From a virus: a stretch of 40,672 nucleotides of DNA. Shown piece by piece: positions 16,207-29,600 of this stretch. The stretch spans positions 1-40,672 of the IMG/VR virus record IMGVR_UViG_3300045988_145984. One strand, written 5' to 3'. The notes beneath the pieces were generated by a model that had not been told where the DNA came from, made no database searches, and was given only the letters and a program-made list of their open reading frames with translations. A program made the position numbers and the translations under genes. Each line of letters begins with the position of its first letter. The stretch's first letter is position 1.

Positions 16207-17626
16207 GAAAGGCTCCCGCAGCGATGAGGTAAAAAGGATACAGGAAGCCCTCGGGATAAAAGCAGACGGTATATACGGCTCGCAGACAGAACGGGCGGTT
16301 CGCAGTTATCAGCAGCAGAACGGCCTTAAGGTTGATGGTATCGTCGGGAATAACACATGGGGCAGCCTCTTCAGGGGCGGCTCCGGCGGCTTTGATTGGA
16401 GCGGCGGCGTCAACACCGGCTCTGCATCCGGCAGTTATAGCAGCCAACGCAAGACCGCCGACTGGCTTTCTCAATATGAGACCGGGCGGCCTACATACTC
16501 GCCCTCCCAGGCGGTTAACGATGCGGCGAATATGCTTGCAGACTATGAGCGCAACCGCCCCGCCGCCTTCAAGAGCCGCTATGATGACAGGATACAAAGC
16601 CTGTTAGACCAGATTCTCAATCGCGGCCCATTTGAATATGATTTCAATGCCGACCCACTATATCAGCAGTATAAAGACCAATATACCCAGCAAGGCAAAA
16701 TTGCAATGATGGACACCATGGGACAGGCAGCGGCGTTGACCGGTGGATATGGCAGCTCCTACGGCTCCGTGGCGGGGCAGCAGGCGTATCAGGGTTATTT
16801 GCAGCAGCTCAATAACGTAATACCCGAGCTTAGGGATGCTGCATTCTCAATGTACCAAGCAGAGGGCGATAACATGCGTTCCAAGCTCGGCGTACTTAGC
16901 GGCCTTGATGATACCGATTACGGCAGATACCGCGACACCGTAAGCGACTATTACAACGACCTCAACTACTACTACAACAAGTATAACGATATGTCCGAAG
17001 CGGATTATAATCGCTATCTTAATGATGCTGCCGCCTGGGAGAACGACAGGGCATATTGGTACAACAAAGCGCAGGACGAGCAGACGCAAGCCAACTGGCA
17101 AGCCGAGTATGACATGGCCGCGGCAAAGGCCGGATACGGCGGTTCCGGCTCAGGTAGATCCAGCGGCAGAGGATACAATAACGGCTCTCTCACATCTGCA
17201 CAGATCAGGCAGTTGCAAGCCCTGTTGGGCGTCGCCGCCGATGGCAAATACGGTTCTAAATCCATGGCCGCTGCCGGTGGGTTAGATGCCGACGCAGCAT
17301 GGGCAAAGTATTTCGGCGGGCGTGGCGGCTCCGGCAGCGACAAACTGTCCGAAAGCGATTTCAATCGCAGCTCTGCTATGCGGTCAAAGTACGGCACATA
17401 TTCCAATTACCTGAATGGTGGAACCGGCAGAACCGGCAGCGGCGAGCCCAGCGTATATAACAACGTCAGGCATGACGCTAAGGGCAACATCAAGAGCATA
17501 CACATGGGCAATGGCTATATAAGCCTGGATGAATTCGACAGGTATCTTGCCCAGGGAAAAATCAAAGAAGTTCACATGCCCAACGGCAAGGTCAGATATG
17601 AATGGGCACGGCAAGGTCAGATATGA
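16193..17626 (+). CDS. Virion-associated protein with peptidoglycan-binding (PG_binding_1) repeats
   Basis: N-terminal GSRSDEVKRIQEALGIKADGIYGSQTERAVRSYQQQNGLKVDGIVGNNTW and a second degenerate copy LTSAQIRQLQALLGVAADGKYGSKS. The centre is Y/N/D-rich. Confidence 0.7.
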   Translation: MATYKKGSRSDEVKRIQEALGIKADGIYGSQTERAVRSYQQQNGLKVDGIVGNNTWGSLFRGGSGGFDWSGGVNTGSASGSYSSQRKTADWLSQYETGRPTYSPSQAVNDAANMLADYERNRPAAFKSRYDDRIQSLLDQILNRGPFEYDFNADPLYQQYKDQYTQQGKIAMMDTMGQAAALTGGYGSSYGSVAGQQAYQGYLQQLNNVIPELRDAAFSMYQAEGDNMRSKLGVLSGLDDTDYGRYRDTVSDYYNDLNYYYNKYNDMSEADYNRYLNDAAAWENDRAYWYNKAQDEQTQANWQAEYDMAAAKAGYGGSGSGRSSGRGYNNGSLTSAQIRQLQALLGVAADGKYGSKSMAAAGGLDADAAWAKYFGGRGGSGSDKLSESDFNRSSAMRSKYGTYSNYLNGGTGRTGSGEPSVYNNVRHDAKGNIKSIHMGNGYISLDEFDRYLAQGKIKEVHMPNGKVRYEWARQGQI

Positions 17627-17652
17627 ACGAGCATAGCGAGGAGGGTTAATTT

Positions 17653-20600
17653 ATGGCGAAAGAATCTCTATACGCTCACGCTCAAAAGGTCATGAAAAAG
17701 AAGGAGATGGACGATGCCGGCAATGCACCCCGCCCTTCTGATTCTTCACAGAGCCGCGATAGCTCCGAAGCATCTAAGGGAAGGCAATCCCTCTATTCCC
17801 ATGCACAGAAGTTCGTAACTAAGCGCGAAGAGTATAAGCCGTCGGCGGAATATCAGCGGTTGCAGCAGCGCCCCACACCGAAGCGCAGCGTCACGACATC
17901 GACGTATGAAGACGCAGCCGCACGGCTCCTTTCCGGTAATAATACTGGCAAGGCCAAGTTTGGTAATTCATGGGACAGGTACTTGGAGCTTTCCCACAAG
18001 GACACCCTTACCGCCGAAGAAAGGGCAGAGGCCAAAGCAGCGCGAAAGAATATTGAATCGGCCTATGGTGCCGCCGGCAAATATCAGCAGGATCTTCTCC
18101 TTGCTGATATCCCGCAGGAGGTCATGGACGTATACCGCGACCTGGGCCTTAAGGCTGACGCTGCAACCGGCGTTGCAATGGGCTTCTTGGATGCCCTCGG
18201 CGTGGACTGGCTATCCGATAAGGTCGCAGACGCCATGCACAGCGATTCCCCGCGTATGCAGTCCCAGCTTGCACGGGCTAAGGCCGCCCAAGGCACGGCG
18301 TTTGGCGTTGGCAATGTTGCAGGAAATTTGTATTCCATGCTCGGCATCAATCAGCTTGTCGGCGCTGGAGCAAAAGCCGTCCCCGCTCTTTCCAAGCTCC
18401 CAAAATATGCCCAGACTGCCATAAAGGGCGCGGCTACCTACGGAATAAAGGGGGCTTATTCCGGCCTCACCAATACGCAGACCAAGGAGGAATGGGACAG
18501 GCGCCAACAGCTTGCAGCAGAGTATTACGCTGAGCAGGGTATTGACTACCAGCCTATTGAGTATAGCACCTGGCAACAGGTCGGTAATATCGCCCAGTCC
18601 TTCGGCCTCGGCGCTCTTAGCGGTGCGGCTGGCAGCGTTGCAGGCGATTTTGTGGGCGACCTCGGTAAAGCTGTTCTTGTTAAACTCGGTTGGCAAAAAC
18701 CGCTTGCCGAAGTTATCCGTCAGGCTCTTGCCAGCACCGCTCACGCAGGCGCGAGCACAGCCTCCACATATTGGCTCTACCCAGAGGATATTAGGCCAAA
18801 CAAGGAAAAAATAGTTCAAGACCTTGCGCTATCCTTCCTTTTCTCTGCTGCTACGACCACTATAAGCACCATACAGGTATCGAAGCAGAACAAGGAATTC
18901 CTTAACGGCGCAATAAATAAAATGCGGAACGACTACCAGACTATTCTTAACTCAGACATGAGTAAGGAAGCACAGTTGGCAGGCATGGACGAGATTATTA
19001 AATATAACCAGACCATCCGCTCCGCACTGTCTCAAAACTACTATGCCGGGCAGCAGTCCACCATCAACGAACTTATTCGTTCCATGGATGCTATCGACGA
19101 GCAGATAAATATAATAAAAAACGGCGTTGCAGAAGGCACGGCAACGTCATCCCCTGCCTCGTCCCCGAATGGTATAAACGTTCCCAGCGGATACCTGCCC
19201 GGAGATAGTTTGCGTAAGGCAGCGGAAGAAGCCGCAGGACTGTCCCCTACCCCTCCCTCGCCCTCGGCTCCTATCGCGCCCGTAGAACCTCCTAAGGTAA
19301 GCGCGTCCGATATTATTCCTCCTGTTGTCACAGCGGAAACAAAGCCGGTTGCAACCGTCTTAAACGATGTCAACGAGCCGCCCGTTGATAATACCGAGGC
19401 TCACGACAATATCCTCGCCATCGTGGAGGATGCAGGAAAGAATAATACTCCCTATGATGTGGTGCTCAATACTGCCAACAGCAGCATAGACAACAACATT
19501 GTTACCGCCGACGAAGTACGGAGTAGATATGAGCAGGGATTGGCTGCCTATAACAAAACCACGCCTCCCGCCAAAGCTGATACCGGCGACAATAACGCCG
19601 TCACCGATATATCCGCCTTTGAAGAGGCTGGCTTTAAGCACTGGCAGAAGGACGACAAGGACAGGCTTTATATCAGCATGTCTAAGCTCGGCCTGTCCAA
19701 CGAGGTCAAAGACATCAAGGGGCGCGTGAAAGTGTGGCTGGATGTGCCCACAGGCGAGGTGCAGGCGACAAAGGACACTCCGAACTCGGTTATTGAAGCT
19801 GCTCAAAAGCTGGTTGACAGCGTACAGGGGAAGGCTGACGTTGCGGAAAATATAAGCACCGCGGAAAAACCGCCTGTTTACGGCAGCGACATTGCCCAGG
19901 CTCTTGAGCATATAAGCAGGATTAAGTACGACGGGCTGATATATTCGGTATCCGGTCAGGTCAATGGGTACTATACCAGCATTACCCGCGACGATTCCCG
20001 GGCGGATGGAATGATATCCAATGACCGTTCCACTATCTACCGCGGCGGTCCGTTTGCCACCCGCAAGGAGGCTGCTGCGGATATCGCAGGTGTTTATGAT
20101 AACAATTTTGCAAATAATACAGGCAGTTCGCCTACTCCGGCATTGCAGGCCGAAGCTGCTCTTGCTACAATGACCTTAGAGGAGCAGGGCGCAATCAGGC
20201 AGTATAAGAGCGGCAGCGATTCATACATGCTCAACGAAAAGCTGTATTCCGGCGCGGCATTGTCCGAAAACGAAAAAAAACTTGCCGACAATCTGGACAA
20301 GGCCCTCGATAAGCTGCCCAACTACAAGGGCACCACTTATAGGGTTCTGAGCTTTGACCGGCAGGGCAAAGAGGCTTACGACGCCTTTATCGCGCGGCAT
20401 GTGCCAGATATGCCTGTGAACTATGGCGCATATACCTCGTCCTCCAAAACGCTGGATGGCTATGATATCGACTGTGCCTTAAAGGTTAAGGTTGAAATTG
20501 ATGGTTTTTCCGGCAAAGATGTTTCGCAGGGCTTCGGGCTCGAAACGGAAAATGAGGTTTTATACGGAAGAACGGTTGACTACATTACCAAATCTGTAGA

Positions 20601-23600
20601 AACCACACAAGACGGCGTAACAGTTATCAGGATAAAGGAGGCCAATCTCAATGACGAAGGTATTCTCGCCGGACGAGAAAAATCAGTGGACGGCTCCGCT
20701 CAGGGCCAGAACACCCAAGTGCGGGCTGTGCAAGAGGTGGAGGGGAGCAAACGAGCAGAACAGGCCGGTGTGCGAGGCGTTCCCGAACGGGATACCCAGA
20801 GCGGTATTCAAGGAGGAAGTGGATCACTTCAAGGAGAACTATCCGGGGGACAACGGAATGCTCGGAATACCGAAGGAGAGTTAGGAGGACAAACACATGG
20901 CAGCACTCAGAAGCGTTCTGACGAAGGAGTTTATGAAGGACAAAATGCCCTTGCCCCACTACGGGGAGATGGCAGAGAGGTACTACCGGGAGTTCTGCAA
21001 ACCGAGCTACCGGTCTCTGGCAGCGAAGGGGCCGGAGCACGTTTATCAGTACTTCGAGAAGCTGGGAATGAAGGCACTCGACGAGCAGACCGAAATGATG
21101 CAGCAGGGAGTAGCCGAGGACGGAGCCTGGGAAATCGTCAAGGAGTGGCTGTTCCCGAGGGGCGAGGAGAACATGAAGTAGGGCTTGAGCAGGAAGCAAA
21201 GGCTGAAATAGAACGCACCGTGACAGAGAAGCCCAAGGGGGCCAACTTTGTCATAGGTGAAAAGCTCAACCTTCCCGCGGGTGAAAAAGCCCGTTATAAG
21301 GCTAATGTAGCCGCTATCAAAATCGTTAAAAACCTGATAGCTGAAAATCGGTATGCAACCGCAGAGGAACAGGAAGCCCTCTCCAAGTACGTTGGGTGGG
21401 GCGGCCTCTCCTCTGCGTTTGATGCAAAAAAAGAGGGCTGGTCAAAAGAGTATGGCGAGCTGCAAGCACTGCTTTCGCCAGATGAATACAAGTCCGCCCG
21501 GGCAAGCACACTCAATGCCCATTATACGAGCATAGACGTTATCCGCGCCATGTACGAGGGACTTAGACACCTGGGCTTCCAAGGCGGCAGAATGCTCGAA
21601 CCCTCCGGCGGTATCGGTCACTTCATGGGCGCTATGCCTGCCGATATGCAAGGCACGGTCAAGTCCTGGACGATGGTTGAGCTGGATGACATCACCGGTC
21701 ACATTGCAAAATACCTCTATCCTAACAACGATGTGCGTATAGAGGGCTTTGAAAAGGCAAAGATACCCAACAATTACATGGACGTCGCCATAGGCAACGT
21801 GCCTTTTGGCAACTATGCTATCACAGACAAAACCTACCCCGGCACTGTTACTTCGGCAATCCACAACTACTTCTTTGCGAAGTCGCTTGACAAGGTGCGC
21901 CCGGGCGGTCTTGTGACGTTCATAACCTCGCGGTATACGATGGACGCATACGACGACAGGGTACGTAAATACCTGATGGACAACGCCGACCTTTTGGGGG
22001 CTATCCGCCTGCCGGACACCGCTTTCAAGAGCAACGCCGGAACAGAAGTAGTCACTGACATAATAGTGCTGCGCAAAAGGGCTGCCTTCACTCCCTATAA
22101 GGGTGAAGCGTTCAGCGAAGCGAGATATACGCTTATGGGGCGCGGCGGCACCTATGTCAACGAGTACTTTGCCAATCATCCCGAAATGGTTCTTGGAACC
22201 CCGGAAATGAGCGGTTCTATGTACGGCAAGGACGGACTGACCTACAAGGCCCTCAAAGGCGACTTGAACAAGCAGATAATAAGCGCATTCAAGAATATTA
22301 CCGGTAAGATGGAGTATCCAAAGCGCCCCACCGTGGAGAAGGTCAACCGGGACGCTGCCATAGCGGAAGCGAAAGGCAAGGAAGGCTCCCTCGTCGCAAA
22401 GGGCAACAAGATATACAAAATAAACGATGGTCAGCTTGTAGAGCACAAGACTACCGAAAAGCAGGCGGCCACAACCGCGAAGATCCTCTCCATCCGCGAC
22501 ACTGCCCGCGGGCTGCTGAATATGCAGCTTCAGAGTGCGAGTGAGATGGATATAAAAGCAGCTCGCTCTAAGCTGAATAAGGCATACGACGCATTTGTCA
22601 AGCAGCATGGATTTATCAATGCGCCCGGGAACAAGCGGTTATACTCAGATGATGTTGATGCTCCTTTCATCACTTCGCTCGAAAATTACGATGCAAAGGC
22701 GAAAATCGGCCGCAAGGCTGATATCTTCTCCAAGAACACCGTCTCCCCCCGCAGGACCATTACCCACGCCGACAGCGCGATAGATGCGCTCATAGTGTCC
22801 GTCAACGAAACGGGCGGCGTGGATATTCAGCGAATTGCGGAATTGACCGGAAATAGTGTCGATGCCGTTTCTCGTGAACTGCTGGATGCGGAGCTCGTGT
22901 ATAAGAACCGTGACGGCGGTTATGAAACCGCCGAGCAGTATTTGTCCGGCAACGTAAAGGCAAAGCTGCGTGATGCAGAAGATCTTCTCCCCGCCGATAA
23001 GGATTACCAGCGCAATATTGACGCACTGAAGAAAATCATCCCGGCGGATATTCCGTATCACGATATATTCGTACAGCCCGGTTCTACTTGGATACCCCTA
23101 AGCGTGTACTCGGATTTTGTTTCTCACATGCTCAATGTGTACAACGGCGGATATAGGCCGAAATTCAAGGTTTCCTATTCCGCCTTGACGGGCGACTATA
23201 TAGTGCAGATAATCGATAGCTATGTAAAACGCTCCGTAGAAAACACAGCCACATGGGGAACCTACGACAAGTCGTTTGCAGAACTTTTCAGCGCATTGCT
23301 GAACAATCGGCGCATTGTCGTATCCCATAAGGACGCAGAAGGGCGCTCCTATGTAGACAAGGCAGCCACCATTGCCGCTCAGGAAAAGGCCGAGGCCATA
23401 AAAGCCGAGTTTCAAAACTGGATATGGCAGGATGAAGCGCGACGCGATACCCTCGCCCACCTGTACAATGAAACCTTCAACAACACCGTTACCCCTAAAT
23501 ATAACGGCGCAAACCTCACCGTAGACGGTATAAGTGCGGCCAAGCCGCTCCGAGCCCATCAAAAGGACGTGGTTCAGCGTATAATTGCCTCCGGCGGTAA

Positions 23601-26600
23601 TACGTTGATAGCACACAAGGTAGGCGCAGGCAAAACCGCGGAAATGGCGGCGGCAGCCATGAAACTGCGCCAGCTCGGTGTGGTCAAAAAGCCCATGTTC
23701 GTTGTGCCGAAGTCCGTGCTTGCACAGTGGGGGCAGGAATTCATATCCTTCTTCCCCAATGCGAAAATACTTCTCCCGGGAGAGCAGGATTTTACCGCTA
23801 AGAGGCGCCGCGAATTTATGAATAAGGTCGCAACGGGTGACTACGATGCTATCATCGTATCGCAGGAGAACTTTTCCTCCATACCAGTTTCAGCCGACAC
23901 CGAGTATCAGTTTGCCGTCCAGCAACTCACCGAGCTCGAAGCCGGCATTGAGATGGCTGTTCGCAACGGGCAGCGCAACGACCCGTCTGTAAAGCAGATG
24001 GAGAAAAAGAAAAAGCAGTTTGAAGCGAGACTCGAAAAGCTCAATTCTCTGCGTAAGGACGAGGGCAATATCTCTTTTGAAGAACTTGGCGTAGATTCCC
24101 TCTTTGTAGATGAGGCGCATTCATATAAAAACCTTTTCTACACGACCAACATGAACAACGTGTCCGGCCTCGGCAATAAGGACGGCGCGAAGCGCTCATA
24201 CGACCTGTACATGAAAGTACGATACTTACAGCAGCTAAACGGTGGCCGCGGTATCGTATTTGCCACGGCTACCCCCGTCATGAACAGCATGAGCGAAATG
24301 TATATCATGCAGAAATATCTGCAAAGTGACCTCCTTAAGCAGCGTGGCCTTGAAACATTCGACGCTTGGGCGAATATGTTCGGTGAAGTCGTCACCGTTA
24401 TGGAAATGAACCCCACCGGCAAGGGCTACCGCCAGAAGGAGAGCTTTTCCCGATTTAAGAATCTTGGTGAGCTTCAGCAGATGTTCCGCAGTTTTGCCGA
24501 CGTACTTACCGATATCCCCGGTCTTGAAATACCCAAAATAAAGGGCGGCAAACGTACCGTTATAGTCTCTCCTCCTTCGCAGTACCAGTTGGACTACATA
24601 GAACAGCTTGCCGAGCGAGCTGATAAACTGCGCGGCAGTAAAGTAGACGCAAAGGCCGACAACATGTTGAAGATTACCTCAGAAGGCCGTAAGCTGTCAT
24701 ACAGCCAGCGTATCATGGATCCGTCTCTCCCTTACGAAGAGGACGGCAAAATCATGAAGTGCATTAACAACGTATACGACATCTGGCAGCGCACAAAGAA
24801 GGACAAAATGGCTCAGCTCGTGTTCTGCGATAGCGCAACTCCAAAAGGTGATCAGCAGGCCGAAGCCGCATTATTCGCCGAAGATGCTGAGAATGTGTCC
24901 ATCTACGACGACATGAAGCGACAGCTTGTACTGCGCGGCATTCCCGCAAAGGAAATTGCCTTTATTCATGATGCCGATACCCAGGATAAAAAGAATCAGC
25001 TTTTTGATGATGTAAACGCTGGTAAAGTTCGTGTTCTCATCGGCAGCACCGGCAAGATGGGCGTCGGCATGAATGCTCAAAAGCGTCTCTACGCGCTCCA
25101 TCACCTTGACGCACCTTGGAGGCCGGGCGACATTGAACAGCGTGAGGGACGCATTCTGCGCCAAGGCAACGTCAATAAAGAGGTGGAAATATTCACCTAT
25201 GTAACCGAAAAAACCTTTGACGCCCGAATGTGGGATAATCTGGAGCGCAAAGCATCGTTCATAAACTCTATCATGAACGGAGACACAAACGCCAGGGAAG
25301 CCGAGGACGTAGGCGAAATGGTACTTTCGTTCGCAGAGATTAAATCTATCGCCTCTGGCAATCCGCTTATCATGGAGCAGTTCGAGGTGAACGCGGAGAT
25401 TGCAAAGCTCACTACGCTGAAGCGGCAACATTCAAAAGCCGTGGAGGAGGCTAAATTCCGGAAGTCTACCACCGAAGCTGCTATTGCAAAGGCTAAGAAT
25501 GCTCTGCCTAAAGCACAAAAGGATCTTGCGGCGAGAAAGGATATTAGCGGAGACAACTTTAGGATAACGGTATCCGGCGTTACTTTCACCAACAGGCAGG
25601 AAGCTGGTGACGCCATTATTTCAGCAGCACAGAATTTTGTAACCTCTGAAAGCTCAGATCAGCAGCGAGTTATCGGTAAAGTCGCAGGGTTTGACCTGCT
25701 TGTGAACCGCGACGGAGACGCAATCATCCGCGGGGAAGGCACCTACAACGCAAGCATTAAAATGGAAAATGCTGTTCGCACCACGCGGTCTATTGAATCT
25801 GCACTTCGCAGCATCGAAACGCGAGTACAAGTGCTGGAAGAAAATATTTCTACATGGCAGGATAATATTGCGAAGCTCGACTCGATAATCTCTACTCCCT
25901 TTGAACGCCAGAGTGATCTCAATAAAGCAATCGCCCGAAATAACGAAATAACAAACATTCTCAACCCCCCTGAGGCGGAGGCGGTGGTTGCTGACTATGA
26001 TGACGCAGAAACAGACACCATTCAAAGCATGTTTGGCGATTCCCCGGACGATAGCGATGTGCCACACGACAAGTGGAACACACAGCGCGTGGGGAGCAAC
26101 AGCAAAACAACCATGCGTATATCTGACATCATCGGGAAGATGCGCCACGACTTCGGCATACCTGTCGGAACTGGGCGTATGTCTCGGCGTGATGTGCTCG
26201 GGCAGTACAACACCCACGCCCACAGCATAAAAACGAGGATAGCAAACGACCTTCCCACCGTCGCACACGAGCTTGGTCATCATCTGGATAATGCATATCG
26301 CCTTACCAGCGAATTAAGCAAAGATCAGCAGGCCGAGCTTGTAGACCAGTTAAGCAGCGCGATGAAAGAAAAATATAAGCCCGGTGAGCTTAAGGCTGAG
26401 GGACTTGCGGAATTTGTGCGTAGATATATGCAAAATAAGGAGACTGCAAAGATTGATTACCCTCTGTTCTTCACGCATTTCCAAGCTGCGTTGTCTCCCG
26501 AAACGTTGGCTACGGTGGATGAATTTGCAGACGAGATAAACGCCTATTACTCTCTGGACGTGAATAGTGCTCAATCGTCTATACGTCCCATGAGCGAAGG

Positions 26601-29600
26601 GCCTAATGATTTCCGCACATTGAGTGAGAAATTCAGTGACAGTAAAGAGCGTTTTTATCAAGACTGGTTCGATTCGCTACATGCAATAAGGATGTTTGAT
26701 AAAGAGGCTGGTTCCTCGGTGTATATTGATGCAATCAATAGCGCGTACAGCGATTCCATTGCCGCCAGCGTCTTATTTACCGGCTATGTAGATGATGACG
26801 GCAGGCAAATTTCCGGTGGTTTACAGTCTGCTCTTGACGGTATAGACCTCAAAGACAAAAAGACCTATGCCGATTTCAATGAATACTTGGTAGTCCGGCA
26901 CGGCCCGGAGCGTCTGCAAGAGGGTATGCGCATATTCGCAGACGACCGAAAGAACTCTACATCGTGGATGGACACACGCCGCAACGAGCTCGAACGGCAG
27001 CACCCGGAATTCAGCGGAGCCGCAGAAAAGCTATATACATGGCAGCGAGACTTTTTGCATAATTGGGGTGTGAAATACGGCCTCGTTTCCAGGGTGAGTG
27101 CGGAAGAATGGGCTGATCGCTGGCCGAGCTATGTTCCCCTTAGCCGCGTCATGGAAAAGAGCAGATTGCGAGGTGGAACAAGGAGAAGTTTTGCAAATCA
27201 GGATAGCACCATCCGGCGCGCTCACGGTAGCGGACGCGAAATAATCAATCCCATTGAAAGCATCATCACCAATACGGTGAAGATGGTCAATGCAGCCATT
27301 AAGAACAAGGTTGCCCTTGACCTTGTTGACGCCGCGAAAAAGGAGGAGGGGCTCGGCTGGTTGGTAGAGCCCGGCACCCCGCCGATGAAGCGCCAAGTAA
27401 TCGACATGGCAGGAACTAAGCAGGCGCTTGAGAAGGGGATTCAAGAAAGCTCTATGGATGAAGATGCCAAAGAAACAGCCTATGGTATAATTGGTGAGCT
27501 CAATGACTATCTTGTGCAATTCAGCCGCGGAACAAAGGGCTTCGGCAACACAATAACTGTGCTGCGCAATGGCAAACCTGAATTCTGGAAGATAAACGAT
27601 CCTTTATTGCTGGAGTCGCTTACAAATATGTCGCCCCGTCAGGCCGGCGACTTTGCGCGAACCATAGGCACAATCAACCGGCTTATCACTAACAGCATCA
27701 CAGGATTAAACCTTGTTTGGTCGGTAGGGTCAAACACTGTACGTGACTTGGGTACGGCGTTTACATATTCTGAAAAGAGCCCCATTAAACTTGTAAAAGA
27801 GATATTCGCTTCTTACGCGCAGAACTTCCGCAAGCCTGATAAATGGTCGCCCTTCCACAAAGAGTATGTGGCCCTCGGCGGAGGACATGATTCCGCTTTT
27901 GCAACGGATAAGGATATGCCAGATCAAATTATAGGGCAAATGATGGGTGATTTCTGGAAGCACATAGGAAGAGACCCTGCAAAGATTGCCCCCCGTTTGT
28001 TCAATAACACGATAGGCGCCGGAATAGAATTTGTATCCGACATCATAGAAAGCGGCCCGCGTGAAGCAATATACGTCTTAAGCCGTAAGTCAGGACTTTC
28101 CCCCAGAGAAGCTATGTATGCTTCCCATGACATTACGGTGAACTTCAAGAGAGGAGGCATTAAGAGCAAGCAGCTCAACAGGTTTGTTCCGTTCTTCAAT
28201 GCCGGTATGCAGGGATTGGACAAAGAAGTCAGGTTCTTCACCGCCGAAGATGCCCCTCCAGAATTGAAGAAAAAGGTTATCACGGCTCGCCTTGCGCTGT
28301 ATATCGGAGCATATACCGCATTAGGCGCTTTGCAATGGCTCATAAATAGCCGCGACGAGAAATCCCGCAAATACTACGCGCAGCTTTCGACATACACCAA
28401 GAATAATTTCTGGTGCATCCCGGTATATAAGGATGGTGAGGCCACGGGCGAATTTATTACAATCCCCAAACCCCGAGAACTCGCAGCCCCGGCAAGCGCC
28501 ACGTCCGCCCTTCTCGAAAAGTACGCCAGTGGTAACGACGACGCCTTTCGTGACTTTGATGAGTACCTTACCGGCTCGTTCCTGCCAAACCTTGCAGATG
28601 ATGCGGCACAGGGCTTGATTGACCTGCTTCGCGGCGAAGCCACGCCGAAAGACGTCGGGGCGGACTTATTAGGCAACTTCGGTATAGCCGGTATAGCGGC
28701 ATACATGATGGCAAACCGCGACTTTCTTGGCAGGCCAATAGAAAGCGCTGCCTACACCGGTGAAAAGGCAACTCACTATAATGAACGTACCTCGAAGATT
28801 GCCAAGGTTGTCGGTGAAGCCTTTAATTGGAGCCCCATAATGATAGACTACTTTGGCAAAAATGTGTTTGGTGGGTTCTGGAAATTCCAGCAGGCATTAT
28901 TCCCTGTAAATGATGAGGCGCGTGATTTCTCGCTCGGCCTGAAAAATACATACTGGCGCGACAGCCAATATTCAACCGACCTTATCAACACAATGTATTC
29001 TCTCAGGGATGCTGCCAAAACCGCAAAGGATACCTACCCGGCTGATATGGACAAGGCCATTGCTTACAGCGAGAGCAATACAATGACCACGTTCTATTCG
29101 CGTTACAACAAGCTGGCTAAGGATAATCCGAACCGCAATACGCGGCAGATAGTGCTTGATATGATAAACGACTTCAACCGTTCTTTCGGCAGCGACGTAA
29201 GAAGCTACGCGCAGCAAAAGGTTGATGCAGCGGTGAGAAAGGCCGGGGACACGGAAATAATGCCCAATGTCATGCAGACCTTCATAACCGACGATAACAG
29301 CAAGCGCTTCGAACTGACCGCCGAGCAATATGTGGAGTATCAGGGCAAGTTCAATAATCTCTACTGGCAGTATGTCACCGCCGTTGCGGATCAGGGCGAG
29401 GTAGCTATACGGCAGGCGAAGAAACGAGCGAAGAATGAGGCTGACGCCTATATGCTCAAGTTGCTGGGCGGTCACTCCAAGGCCGGGGTAGCTTACGCAG
29501 CTCAAAGCAGCGCGGGTATATCAGCTTCGGACGACCTGCTGTATCAGGCCGCGTTGGATGTAGCAAGAGAGGGCGGTCTTAAAAAGCAGGAGGTATATGA

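Noticed and set aside
20648-21199. 183-aa minus-strand ORF covering the nested-gene region.
   Set aside because: Its openness is explained by the T-poor + strand (A-poor complement), which removes stop codons. It has no start context and no protein-like sequence.
21442-22608. 388-aa antisense ORF inside the methyltransferase region of the giant gene. Similar long antisense ORFs occur at 11810..12553, 24871..25431, 25654..26283 and 28972..29505.
   Set aside because: They lie opposite strongly supported coding sequence, have no SD or recognisable motifs, and translate to low-complexity, Arg/Leu/Val-rich sequence typical of the complement of GC3-rich genes.
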